Of a stretch of DNA of 64,000 nucleotides, positions 13,074 to 27,200 are shown piece by piece. The position numbers were made by a program, and so were the translations under genes. Under the pieces are notes generated by a model. That model did not search any database, was not told the origin of the DNA, and saw only the letters and a program-made list of their open reading frames with translations. The stretch lies in contig JAWMAR010000151.1 in the NCBI GenBank assembly GCA_036785375.1, positions 3,100,001 to 3,164,000 of the forward strand, given 5' to 3'. This stretch comes from Leucoraja ocellata. Its lineage: Eukaryota. The stretch's first letter is position 1. The number at the start of each line of letters is the position of its first letter.

Positions 13074-13280
13074 TCCACAGAAGACAGTGGAGGCCAATTC
13101 ACTGGATGTTTTCAAGACAGAGCCAGATTTAGCTCTTAGGGCTAATGGAACCAAGGGATATGGGGAAAAAACAGGAACGGGGTACCGATTTTGGATGATC
13201 AGCCATGATCATATTGAATGGTGGTGCTGGCTCGAAGGGTCAAATGGCCTACTCCTGCACCCATTTTCTATGTTTCTATG
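13074..13280 (+). mobile_element. CR1 LINE 3' end with (TTTCTATG)n tail
   Basis: Closely matches 52155-52350 and 46486-46693 (GEKxGTGY stop, GATCAGCCATGATC motif, tail). Confidence 0.85.
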
Positions 13281-13969
13281 CTGGGCCGAATAGCCTCCTT
13301 CTGAGTTGGAATAAGGCAGGCAGGAGACCATTGCCATTTCAGGTAAGTGTGAATGTGTGATCCAGCGCTTATTTGCTTATCTTTCCCAGGTCTCTGAACT
13401 GTAAACTGATTGGAATTGAGCGTCCTTGATGTGCAAAACAACCACTCCAACTAGCTAAACACATGTATTTTAATTTTCTCCCTGAAGTGTTTTTCTTCTT
13501 CCTTAGGTGATCAGCGAGGGATTGAAGTTGGGCACCTGGTTACAATTTCACTCATCTAATCCCATTCCTCTCCTGAGTTATTCATATGAAAGGATGTAAC
13601 AGATCCAACCTGAGGTAATGTTCCTTCTGATCATCTTAACTATTGAGCCAGTATTTGGCCTCTGTGAAAGTCATGGGACAGGAATATAAATTCTGGGTGC
13701 CAATTTGTACACCAACAATAGGCATGGCTGAAGTAATTCTCTTTCAATTAGATTTTGTGCTCATAACTAGCATTTGCACCTTCATGTGTTACACAATGTC
13801 CACCAATAGTTTATCCTGGATGCTTCCCACCCACGACAATACCAATGGAACTAAAGATGGTTGCAGAACCTCTAACGCTATGAAGAGTGAGATATCTTTG
13901 AGATTTTCTGAGCTATCTCAGAAAAGACTGAGCAATGTGGCTGTAAACAACATATAGCAGGAGAGGTTA

Positions 13970-14113
<144 letters not shown>

Positions 14114-15942
14114 TTACATTTTAAGATTAAAAAAAGATAAGTTTCCAGACTGCTGCGGCCATTAACAGGACATGTGGTAGGACATACTGCTATGTACAGG
14201 TTGCTGCCGAGTCATTACACTATTGTAAGTAAGGAGGTTTTAGAGCTGAAGTCTTGTTTTACTTGAGAGCGAACCTGCCCTCAACTCCTTCAAACCCTAT
14301 TTGCTCCTGCAACAATTGGTCAAACTCCTCAAGCCCATGACTCACAATCTATGATCAGCCCAGCCCTCTGAGCTCCTGACCTTTCAATCCCAGAATTCCC
14401 TCCTTGGTGCAATAGCAGATCACCAACCCTGGGCCTGAGATACGACTGAGGTTTGATGCAGCAGGCCATTAGTGCATGCACCATGCAACAAGTCCATAAC
14501 CGAGTGCACCATATGTATTATTTGATTTTAAGCTTAGCTTTGCATGCATTGCTTTCTTTAGGGGGTCGGACAGGGAGGGTGTATGTTTCGAAGTTCAGTT
14601 GAGGGCTACATGGATATATAGACTGTGGTCTAGTGGACCAGAGGAATTGGAGATCGAGACCCATTGGAGGGTGTGATTGAGTAAACACTGGTTGGAGGTG
14701 TCAAACAAGAGGGGGATAAACTGTACTTGGTTAAATGAAATGAATAACAAACAGGGGTGTCAAAGAATGGATGACCAATTTTGAGCCATGACCAACATTC
14801 TCAAAGAAGCAGAGGGCTGGGTATGGTGTTAAATCAACACATCACACCTCGAACCACTTGAGAGGGTGTTGCCCATGTAACAATATTAGAGCAGATGTGA
14901 CAAATGGATAGTACATTGCAAAGTGGTTTGGATGAAATTCTTGCCAGGTTAATGAACACTGCAAGGGAAGAAACTGTACACCATTTTCCACTGCCACTGG
15001 CAGTATCAGAGGACTAGAGGAATAAAATGTCAAAAACTCCGAACCATACAGCACAGATGCAGGCCCATTGGCACAACTCATCCTCTCTCCCCTTAAACCA
15101 ATGCCATCCTACCCTGGCTTAACTTCCCAAAAGGCACACGTCTGAGTTCATTTCTATCCACCATCCCTTTGCTCACTTTCCCATTTCATCTGGATGCTGT
15201 TGTACTCTTAGACAAGCTACATTCCACAACCAAATTTGGTGTCAAATACGAACTCACCAGTCATGTCACTACGTTCTCATCCAAATTGTTAACATAAAAC
15301 AAAAATGGACACCGCAACACACCCTTTGGTCAAGGGCTCCAATTTGAAAAGGGACATTCCACTCTCATCCTCTGCACAAAGTTAGGCTGATTATCCATAA
15401 TCAGTCCTTGTCTTTCCAAATGCAGATAGATCCTGTCTCCCAGAATCTCCTCCGGTAACAGAATGCATTGCCAGGGGAGATGATGAAAGCAGATAAAATA
15501 GCAGCAAATAAAATATATTTAGACAGACATCTGAGCAGTCGTGGAATAAACAAGTAAACCATTTTAAGGTGTCATTTTTCCACATTCTGCTTTTTCCTTT
15601 TCCAGGCTGACTCACTTCCTATGAATCTGCTCTCCCTCTGCATCTGCATGGTAGGAAACAACATTATTGTGAAATCAAATCTACTAATACAGCACAGACA
15701 CCAAGATCAGTACTGTATTGTCATCAACAGTGCAACACAAGATGCCCAAACACACTTTTACATATTAATATTATATCAGAATATTTTCTCCATCCATGGG
15801 ATATAGACATTGCAGGAAGGTCAACATTCATTATCAACTTTTCACCACCTTCCAGATTCTCTGCAATCTGTGTGGCAGAATAATGCCAGGGCAAACTATC
15901 TGGTTCTGCCTAATCACTGCTGTATCCCCAATATCGACTCAC

Positions 15943-16033
15943 ATTCTGCACATGGTAAAAACCCAGTGGGGGTCCTCGGCCTGTGTTCTTTAATGGCTCC
16001 GTAGAAAAGGCTTCTTCTTGGCGATGGATGAAA
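15943..16033 (-). CDS. KIF1A: KIF1A exon: (N)[30 protein letters not shown]
   Basis: 91 nt; TTATAG acceptor, AAT|GTGAGT donor; phase 2-0. Confidence 0.96.
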
Positions 16034-16406
16034 CTATAAGAGAAATAAAGAAAGACAATCAAAGCTAGACCCTGGTTAGAAGTTCCTTACTTGTTTTTGC
16101 TTATTTGATAATAATTCAGTGGAACTGTCAAAGTCTACATATATAAAGTGCTATTCAATCATAGTACTGGGTCAATACATTAGACTCACTGGGGGCTGCA
16201 GAATATAAGCAAAACTGCATAATGAGCTATATTACACCTCCTCTCATCTTGCCAGCAGAAACTCTCGTGATTGGTTTGGGAACATGGGGATGGATAAAAG
16301 ATGGCATTGTGACATTGGTGAATATAACCCCACAGTGTAGTGTGGAAATATTATGCCTTGCATGTGCATGGTAATGGGTAAATACAGTTGGGAACGGCTC
16401 ACTTAC

Positions 16407-16569
16407 TTGAACTGGCAGAAGATATCGGCATATTCAGCGGAAATACTTGATGCCTGTAAGACAGTCACTCTGAAAGTGAAGTTGCTGCCGATCCTGAGAT
16501 GCTCTACTAGCCCATCTATCTGTGCATCTACTGGTGACTTCAATGGACTCTCCAGATCCTCCTGGGTGG
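16407..16569 (-). CDS. KIF1A: KIF1A exon: (A)[53 protein letters not shown]
   Basis: 163 nt; CTGTAG acceptor, CAA|GTAAGT donor; phase 1-2. Confidence 0.95.
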
Positions 16570-16899
16570 CTACAGAATGGAGACAAAACCACAAACATTC
16601 ATTGAGGTATTTACCCCCAATCTCTCACAAACTCAAGATGGTGGTGATGGAGCGGTGGTGGGGGAGCTTCCTGTTTCCCCATGCACAAAGAAGGTTCCTC
16701 TACTTCACCAGCCCAATCAGATCCCTCTGGTTCTCTGCAAACCCTAACCCTAATTACCTTCTCATCATTGCAATACCCATTCATTCAGTTATAACATTGT
16801 CCTTCAGTTGGAAGAGTGCTGCCTGAATGGTGGTCAGATCCTTTGAGGACTGGCTGCACTGTCCCACCTGTAGGACAACTATGTTACCTTTGAGTACTT

Positions 16900-17610
16900 A
16901 CAAAGCATGAATGGTATGCACTGAGGAGTGTTGGAGCAGAAGGATCTTGGAGTGCAGGTATATAGCTCCTTGAAAGTGGTGTCATGGGTAGATAGGGAGG
17001 TCATGAAGGCTTTTGGCACATAGTCCTTCATCAGTCAGAGTATTGAGTATAGAAGTTGGGACTATGTTACAGTTGTACAAGACATTGGTGAGGTTACATT
17101 TGGAATACTGTGTTCAGTTTTTGTCACCCTGCCATAGGAAAGATATTGTTAAGCTGGAAAGGGCACAGAGAAGATTTACGAGGATGTTTCCAAGACTCGA
17201 GGGCCTGAGCCATATGGAGAGGTTGAGCAGAATAGGACGCAGAAGGGTGAGGGGTGATCTTATAAAGGTGTAAAAGATCATGAGGAGCTTAGATAGGGCA
17301 AATGCACAGTCTTTTACCCAGAGTACAAGAATCAAGAACCAGAGGACATAGGTGAGGTGGGAAAGATTTAATAGGAACCCGAGGGACAACTTTTTTTCGC
17401 AGAGGTTGGTGGGTGTATGGAATGAGCTGCCAGAGGAAGTAGTTGAGGCAGGTGCTATCACAGCTTTTAAAATACATTTGCTCAGGTACATGGATTGGAT
17501 AGGTTTAGAAGGATATGGGCAAATGCAGGAGGACGGGACTGGTGTAGGTGGGGCAGGTTGGTTGGCGTGGGTGTTTGGGCCAAAAGGCCTATTTCCACAC
17601 TATGACTCTG
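16900..17610 (+). mobile_element. CR1 LINE 3' fragment (RT C-terminus and 3'UTR)
   Basis: ORFs with LYKTLVRLHLEYCVQF…QRRFTRM and FFSQRLVGVWNELPEEVVEA. Confidence 0.88.
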
Positions 17611-18340
17611 TTAGTGTCACAATGCTGTGTTACACAGGGAAACCTGACAATGGTGACTGTGAATCTCATTGCTGAAGTTCACGCTCTTTACGCAACTTTC
17701 ACAGACAAGGTCAAGGTGACCCAAAGGCAGTATTTTACAGCTAAGAATGGCATGGAGCAATTTCTAGATATGTGAATCCAGATCATATCTAAATGTGACC
17801 CTTCCCTTATTTGTTTTCCATATACCACAATCAAAAGAGGAATCAAGAAAGGGTATTAAAAAATCTGAAGCATGGAAGCAGTCCATTCAGCCCACCGTAT
17901 CAACCGGCCTTCCATCGAGCTACGTAATTAGTCTCACTATCCTGATATTTTGCCACAGGACTATATATTTTGTTTTAAAATTATACTTGACCAATTACAT
18001 TTTGGAGGTTAATATTTTGGCTTTAGGTTGTGCGTTCTGGATAATAACAGCTTGTTACATAAAAAAATAATTCACTTGCTTTCCCCAAGGAACACGACTA
18101 CAGGTTTGAGAGCTCAGGAGCTAATTCATCAAAAGAAGATTCTAAGAGCTTTTCAACAAAAGAGATGGATGGTCCCAAATCAAACACAGGTTTTTGTACA
18201 ATTCAAGTAAAATTGTACTATATTGGAAAAGGTATGACTGAATCAATAATGTCAATTATAAATGCTCACCCACATCCACATCCCAGACAATTCAAACCAG
18301 GTAATATACAGCGACGTGGGTTTGATCGGCCAGTACATAC

Positions 18341-18476
18341 CTATACAGGTGTTGTTGTTAACCTCGTCGGCTGAAGGGCCCGAGTCGCTTGACTGACCTT
18401 GTCCTTCAACAATGCGCAGCTCCTCCTGTGACGTGCCTGAGCGAGACATTCCAGATGTACAGCAGTCCGACTGAAA
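18341..18476 (-). CDS. KIF1A: KIF1A exon: [45 protein letters not shown]
   Basis: 136 nt; GTTTAG acceptor, TAG|GTATGT donor; phase 0-1. Confidence 0.94.
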
Positions 18477-19402
18477 CTAAACACAGCAGAGAGAATCAGA
18501 GTGACATCAAAAATCCTTGTAAGAATCTGTGGCAAAGTTAATCAAACTAATGATGTTTCTAACAATCAAGACCATTTTAACCTATAGTGCAGCTAACCCA
18601 GCCACATAGTCTAAGGTCTTGTACTTTCCTCTGCTCCATGTACTTAAGCACTTTTTTCATCACTGTGGGTGGCAAGGCACTGCACAATTTAACCTGTGGC
18701 AAAATGTCTTCCAATATAACTTCCCACCCTTACCTAAAATATTAATATAATTGCCGGCCATTGCTGAATCACCATCAAAGGAGAGTCTGATGTTATGTTC
18801 ATGTTTTAAGATGTTAGCATTTTCCATTGAGTTACCTCTTGACCTTCTTTTCTCCCGTAGAAATTATTCTAGAATCTCAGGTCTCACATTGTTATTTTCA
18901 TTTGTCATTCACAGCTATTTTACTGAATCAATGTTTTAAGCTAGTCAACGTTATACAGCAAAGAAATAGGCCCTTCAGCCTCATTGATTTTATGTCGAGC
19001 ATCAAGCACCCAATTGTATAATCCTAAACTAATTCCATTTTTACTTTCCCCACATTCCTGTCAGCCCATTCCACCCACAATAATCGACAACTCACATGCA
19101 CACCAGCAGCAATTTATAGTGATTTATTAACTTACAAAACCACATGTCTTTGGGATCCCAGGATCAGAGGTTCTTTTGAACATTCTTAGACATAGATTAC
19201 GGTGGACATTCTCAGTTTTAGATGTTAGTATGGGACCTTCAGGGTTTGAAGTTATTTTGGGGGTGAGGGGGAGATTCTCAAGGTTAGGCCTTACGCAGTG
19301 TGTTCTCTGAATGATTACATTACATGTCTTACCACGTACTTATCCTCACAGTTTATGTTGTTGGTAAATTATTTATTCAATCTATTCTGGGTCTATTCTA
19401 GG

Positions 19403-19920
<518 letters not shown>

Positions 19921-20239
19921 TTAGTGCATGTTAAACCTGTGACAGCATGTATTAAGGCACAAGTCACAGGGCACCATTTTAACCTCACATGTCAAGTAAA
20001 ACATTAAAGGATTGGAATAATCACTTGTCTTGGTTTACTTTCCAAACTGAGATAAGGTTGTGTTGGGCAGAAGCATAAATGGGTAATTGCAAATCAGCAC
20101 CTCATTCAAACTCATTTTCTTTGCTACTGACTACTGACAGATTTAATTCCAGGGCAACCAAACATATTTCATACAATTCTTTCCTTTTCTGATGATGCTA
20201 ATACATTCCAGAGTGAAAGACACAGTGTAACCCCTAGGG

Positions 20240-20765
20240 TCATAGAGTTTTGCAATGTGAAATCAGGCCCTTTGGCCAACTTGCCCACATCGGCCAACAT
20301 GATCCATCTACACGTCCCACCTGCCTGCATTTAGAAACATAGAAAATAGGTGCAGGAGTAAGCCATTCGGCCCTTCGAGCCTGCACCGCCATTCAATATG
20401 ATCATGGCTGATCATCCAACTCAGTATCCTGTACCTGCCTTCTCTTCATACCCCCTGATCCCTTTAGCCACAAGGGCCACATCTAACTCCCTCTTAAAGA
20501 TAGCCAATGAACTGGCCTCAACTACCTTCTATGGCAGAGAATTCCACAGATTCACCACCCTCTGTGTGAAAAATGTTTTTCTCATCTCGGTCCTAAAAGA
20601 CTTCCCCCTTATCCTTAAACTGTGACCCCATGTTCTAGAATTTGGCCCATATCCCTCTAAATCTGTCCTATCCATGTACCTGTCTAAATGTTTCTTAGTA
20701 CTAAATGCTTCTAAATGTCTCCCGATTTGTGGCAGTACAGTGTGTGACCTTCTGTACGACTCATT
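20240..20765 (-). mobile_element. Older CR1 3' end interrupted by a younger CR1 3' fragment (~20332-20640)
   Basis: CCTGCCTGCATTT…TTTGGCCCATATCCC is split by a segment near-identical to the reverse complement of 46390-46690. Confidence 0.8.
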
Positions 20766-20813
20766 CACAGTGAGTGAAAGGATAATGTGTGTCCACTATA
20801 CCTCATTCTGATG

Positions 20814-20985
20814 GTAGACAAAAATGCTGGAGAAACTCAGCGGGTGAAGCAGCATCTATGGACTGAAGGAAATAGGCAAAGTTTCGGGTCTTTCCTTCGC
20901 TCCATAGATGTTGCCTCACCCGCTGAGTTTCTCGAGCATTTCTGTCTACCTTCGATTTTCCAGCAACTGCAGTTCCTTCTTAAAC
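20814..20985. mobile_element. Palindromic repeat insertion with a 16-bp TSD
   Basis: ATACCTCATTCTGATG at 20798-20813 and 20986-21001; arms ~20814-20871 and 20891-20949 are near-perfect reverse complements. Confidence 0.85.
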
Positions 20986-21024
20986 ATACCTCATTCTGAT
21001 GTTTATTTTTTTCACACTTTCTCA

Positions 21025-21213
<189 letters not shown>

Positions 21214-24200
21214 CTACACTTCCTTGTTGGCTCAGGGACTTCACAGCTGGGATTGTTAGAACATGGCATTGTTGATTTGGTTTTCTTGCAGCTGGAATTA
21301 GTTAAGACAAGATTTTTTGAAGACAGAGCCCACTGCACTGGTTTGTGAGAAATAATGAACATGGTGAATATGAATGGATGAAGGTTTGGATTTGATTTTT
21401 GTCTGTCCAATATTTTTTAACAGATGTGTTCTGGTGCTGACTTCATTTAAAGATGCTCCAGTTTGCTGGTAGTTAGTGTTAATGGATTTTTTCTCTTTCT
21501 CCACATGAACTGAATAGATGGCCCACAGAAGCCACCAACTTGATTAGCCCAAATACTCTTTTCTCTTTCTAGTCGTCATGTGTCAACTCAATAGGCTGGT
21601 AGAGGTGATAAGATTTCGTAGCCCTAAGTATCCCTAAATCATTGTTTCCGCATGTCACAGTTTTTGGTTGCACTGTTCATTTGAGTATTGAGTTCAGTCA
21701 GATTATCCCAATGTCCAGAATGGCGGAGCAGACCGCTGTTCACTTTGCCTCCACCATTGAAATCATACTCTGTATTAACTCATAAGATCTGGATTTATGC
21801 TGGCTCAGAAACTTTCATGGCAAAATCGAATCTGCTTTCCACATGGAGAAGATGCCTCCTCCTGGCAGATACTGAAACAGAGGGGTGGGGAGTGGTAATA
21901 GTGTAGTAATGAGTATTCAGCTAATTTTTGGACTGTATGTATAGTTGATAGTTTGCGCAATTGGAATCGTTTGCTCTGTCCATCAAGGCATACTGGCTTG
22001 ATTTGGAGCCTTAGCTGATGATGTTGTTCATCACTATTTCTGTTATACTGATAGAACTTGACATTCAATTACAGAACTAACAACACCGAATGTAGCGGTC
22101 ATGCACTAGCAGTTGGCACACTTTGTGACTGGATTTAGTCAACAAAAGTGGTTCTACATCCAACACCACCTCTGCTTGGGCTGTCCTCCCACTTCTTCTG
22201 TAAATACAGCTCTTACTTTTGGATGCTCAAAGATAGTAACTGGTATGACATTTTTCATTAAAGGAAAACTGCCATAAGATGCAATTTCCTACCAGGATGC
22301 CTAACACTGGCCAACCAAGGGATGCTTTTGCAACAGTCACATTCTTCAATTAAAAGGAGTCACATTTTCCAAGCCATGATGGTACAAGAATGGTCCATGC
22401 TTCTGGGTGAAGGTAAATCATTCAACTTCATATGGACTATCTTCTGGTTCATCACAGAGCATTTCAATGCTGCAGTTCTTCCTCACGTTACTGGAGTTTC
22501 CAAAGTGGCCTCAACATACAAACGTTCGACTCAAAGACAAGAGTGGCATTGACAGAACCACCACTGACAATTGACTAAGAGATCTTAGTTCCTAACATGG
22601 AGTAATAAAATCATACTGCATAGAAATGGGCCCTTCAGCCTAGCATCTGACCATCAAGTACTTTTCTAAAAGTACTTTTAGCAGCACTTGATCTGAAGCC
22701 TACTGTGCAGTGGAAATTCAAGTGCTCATCATGATACTTCCAAAATCTGAGTGTAACTGCCTCCATTATCTTCTCAGGTAGTCAGGTTTGGATTGTAACC
22801 AACCTCTGGGTAAACAAATTTGTCTTCCAATCTCCCCTATGTGAATGAATTATAATCAAAATCAGTATATGAATCAGTACATTTATTTTTAACTATTGCC
22901 CCACCAATTGTTTATTTCTTCTCAAAGAGGAGGTAAAGGTCATCACATTGTGTTGATCGGTCCAATTGTGACAATATATCTTCTTCTTGGGGTAGAATTC
23001 CAATGGGGCAAATTTTTCACCAACCCCTCAATCCCTGCATAATTGGCCAACACTGACACACAGTGGAGTTTCACTGCCAAAAGGTAATGTTCCATTGATC
23101 ATTACAGATTCCTGACCCAGGAAAATGAGTCTGAGTAAGGGAGAATTCAAAGAATAAATGAAAGGAGAAAGAAAGAGATAATACCAAACCCTATATGCTG
23201 GCACCAGAAAGAGAGCAATTACATGTGGGTCCCAGCAAAATCTGCCAAGAAGAAGAAGCCTGCATATGTAAAGTGTTTTACATGGAGTAGACTACAAAGG
23301 GGAGGCAGCAGTGAGCCTTATGTTGGTGACCTCTTGGAAGCAGTGGTATGACTCCTTGTCATCACTGGACAACCTGCAGCATCAATCAAGAAGTGGTCTG
23401 GATAACTGGTGAGGCAGAAAACATTATCAACAGACATAAGCCTGACCAGGAAACTGACAGAACAAGAGTGACAGGAAAAATAAATTATTAATGTAGATTG
23501 ACTAGATGGTCCTCTGCTGCAGTTCTAGGCCAGATCTTGGAGAATCTACACTGACTCCAAATCAAATTTCAGACCTGAGAAATGAAGACATTTTGTGCTG
23601 ATTTGACAGGATTCGCCTATCCATATGTCCCACGAACTGAAATGGAAACTCAGGTGGAGAGCAATAAATTGATAAGAATTGTAATGGTTGATTAGAATTG
23701 TTTCCAAAGTATCTTTCATAGATGGATCAACTAACTTCTTTCCATGAGAACCACACCCTCCTTCGATAACACAGGTAAGAAACGGGGCATCTATTTTTCT
23801 GTAAAAACATTGATCTGTAATCTGCTGTTCTCTATCTGTTGGCCTGTTTATGTCAGAAATAACCATCTCACGTTTCATTAATCAATATTAACAATGAACT
23901 GGATTGCTTTTCTCCAAAGTGCCTTCGCGAGATGACATTGATGTGGTGTTAACTGGCGATTCTTGTTCGATGCCTTTACAGTTATCAGAACTTGAACTTT
24001 TGTTATTTTAGGAAGTATTTCATCCAGTTCTGAAACCATCTCCAATAGTGATTTATTCATGAAACAGGCTTGTGGACTCATCTCCACCATCAGGTGATAT
24101 GCCAAATAATGCACTACTCTTTGACTGAGACATATACAGGCATCTTCCTTCCAGCAGCCTCTATAACTTTAAGTGGCAGGCACCACAAAACGCTGGACAT

Positions 24201-27200
24201 TCTCAAATGGTTTAACCATTAATGAATTCTTGAAGGCAGAGCTAGTCGGATTCCTCGTGATGACTGGATATGTTGCAACAGTTTATAATAGAGAAAACTT
24301 TTCAAATTCCATGAACCTGAGTAGGGAACTGCAAAGCATCCCAGTAAATGGGTACTTAATGTGACAGGAAAAGTGAATTACTTGTTCTCACTCACTAAGT
24401 TTTAGGAAAAGGCTATTGAATTTGTGAAGACGGCCCCGTGATTGGCCACTGGCAGAAAGGATTCCATTGATGAGGTTGCAATCAAGTGTGGGAAAGGGAA
24501 TAAAGTGTAAAGTCCCTGAGTGATCGGAGTAGAACCACCTGCAATCTTCATCCAACATATACAGCACGCCACAATGCCAGGAAGCAAAGCAGCAAAACAA
24601 AGCAGCATCAAAAGCCAGCCAAAGCCAGCCAGTGAGAAACTGGAGACAACCACACATGGACCACCAAAAGATTCATCAACAAGTCACAATTAGCACGGAG
24701 GGGCGGGAATCACTGCTGCCTTGCAATCAAGCAAACTTTGTGGACATAAAAACATCTGTAATAAAAAGAACATAAAGAAAAAAGATATTCAGTAGCATTA
24801 AATATGAGCAACCATACTGGATCCAGTGGATTCAGTCTGCTTCAAGAGGAAACAAAATCTGAATGGGACAAACACCCAGTTTCCATTGCCTAATCTGTAA
24901 ATTTTCCACACACAAAAATGGAATATAGTACGCAGAAGATTAAAACTTCTCATGAGCTAAACTGCTTAATTGCAAAACATTTACCAGGCACTTCAACCTT
25001 TTTTTGTCATAAGAAAGTTTCACAAACAGTGACAAATGGAGAAAGGTAGAGCAGGCAACGTTCTGTTCATTTGAGCGTGATATATCGGGGCAGTCTGCTG
25101 TGAGTAGCCGTGATTGTATTTCAAGGGCATTTTTCAGTGTGAGCTAGATCATCTCTGGCAACTAACCACAGTCACCAAGATTCAAAGTTCTCTTATATCT
25201 TTATCCTTCCTGGATGTTATATTGGGATTATGCACAATTGCTGCCTGCATTACCCAAGGGAATAATATATCATAGCCAGATGCATAGACAAAAAAATAAA
25301 ATTTGGCATTTATAATTAAAAAATACCAATAGCATGATTTTTTATAATTCTTTAGGACTTCTAAATGCAGTAGGATATTACCAAGTTTCAAAAGTGTGAC
25401 CTTCTTCATTAGAGGTCAGACATGGGGGATGAAAGGTGGGATTTTGTAAATGTCCTACCAATCCAAGAAGCCTAGACATTCTAATCATACTTTTTTGCAT
25501 TCATGGCCAGGGAATTTTTCAGGTGGACAGGACTGGAAATGTCACACACATAAATGTTCTGTATGCCATTGTATCAATACACAATATCTTGCACATATTA
25601 CCAGAATGTAGCTCACTCTGCTCAGTTTCCACAGTGCCCCTGATGGCGATGGTATACCATTTCATTTCTATGTCCATCATTCTCATATTTTCATTTTACA
25701 AGATTTCTTAACATAGACACCATGAAGAGCCCAGTCTAGGATAGCGGAAGATTCCATCTACTGTATACACATAGAAGTTTAGAATCAACATATTCTCAGG
25801 GATGCTATCAGTAAGATCCCATCAATTTTTCACCAACAGTGATTCCTGGGTCTTGCTCGGTGAGCACCCACTGACTTCTTGGATAGGAAGTGTTAACTGT
25901 TTCTCTTTCCACAAATGTTGCCTGAGCTGCTCTGTGTTACAAAATATTTTGTTTTTATTATTACTGTATCAGATACTCTCCAAAATGATCTGTCAAAATT
26001 AAATGATTTATCTGGTGAGCTTTGGGCATCTAGAAGGAATTTTATATATTTTTTCCTGAGTGCTTGTCATGAAATATAATTTTATTTATTGCTAACATCT
26101 GTTTCTGAAAATAGTGAAAATCATTTAAAAGAGAATATTGAGTCTACAGCCACAGAAATCATCAAGGAAACATATGTCATTAAATGCATTTGTAATGAAA
26201 AGAAATTGCAAGGTTCTTAACACAGTTAATCCCCCTCCTTGTCCAACTAGCTCCAGGGGGATGTGATAATATTGTACCAATTCAGTTCAGCACAGCTTTA
26301 ATCTAAAACATGATAAACAGGAATAAAAAAACATCTGTGTGACTCATGCGACAATCACAAAGAGAAACCCTGAACATGGCAAGACACTTGAAGCAGACTG
26401 AATATACAGTGGCCAATGCAAAGGAGCTGGTAACAAGATTGGTGAGGTGCAAAGGTGGCATGCTCAGAACACAAAGCTTTCAACACAAGAAATAAGGAAA
26501 GGAAGAACGTCAGTTGAAAGAAAACATTGGCTAAACATTGGTAGAGCCAGCTTCTATTGTAGCGTCTGTAACATTAACAGAAGGTACCCAGCATCTGGCG
26601 CAGCGGTTTTCAAAATGGCTGCACAGCAATTAGCAAAACAGAAGTGCCAATGTGCGTGCACAGTTTGAGAAAACTATTTTATTATTTTTCCAAAGCTGCT
26701 GTGCTGGGATAGCCAATTGAGATAAACTGAAACATGTTTGGAAACTGAATGCCTTGGCATGCCTTGTTGCGATGCCTTGGCATGACCTACTCAGAAAGTC
26801 TGGCATGCCCTACTGAGATGAGCTGGTAAGGGGACAAGCTCTTTCATCGGGAGAACTGTAGGATTCAAAGCTGTGAAAAAAGATCTCAGATATCAATGGG
26901 CTATGAACTGTAAGACTGACAAGGCAACTGCATTGACACCTGGACTAAACCTCCAAGTTAATATAGAGGTTTACATTCAAAACATTATAATTCAAACAAA
27001 CACTTCTAAACCAGAAGCAACACAGTGAATATTCATTAAATGTAACTGAAATTAAATATTTTTTAATATGTTTAATGATATTGGTCTGGAGATTTTGTTA
27101 CCTTTACATAATACCATCTAGCTGTTCAGTAGACACTCAAGAAGGATATTCTTTCTCAAGAAAACCGAGAAGTGGGCCAAGATTAACACATGCCTGCAAC

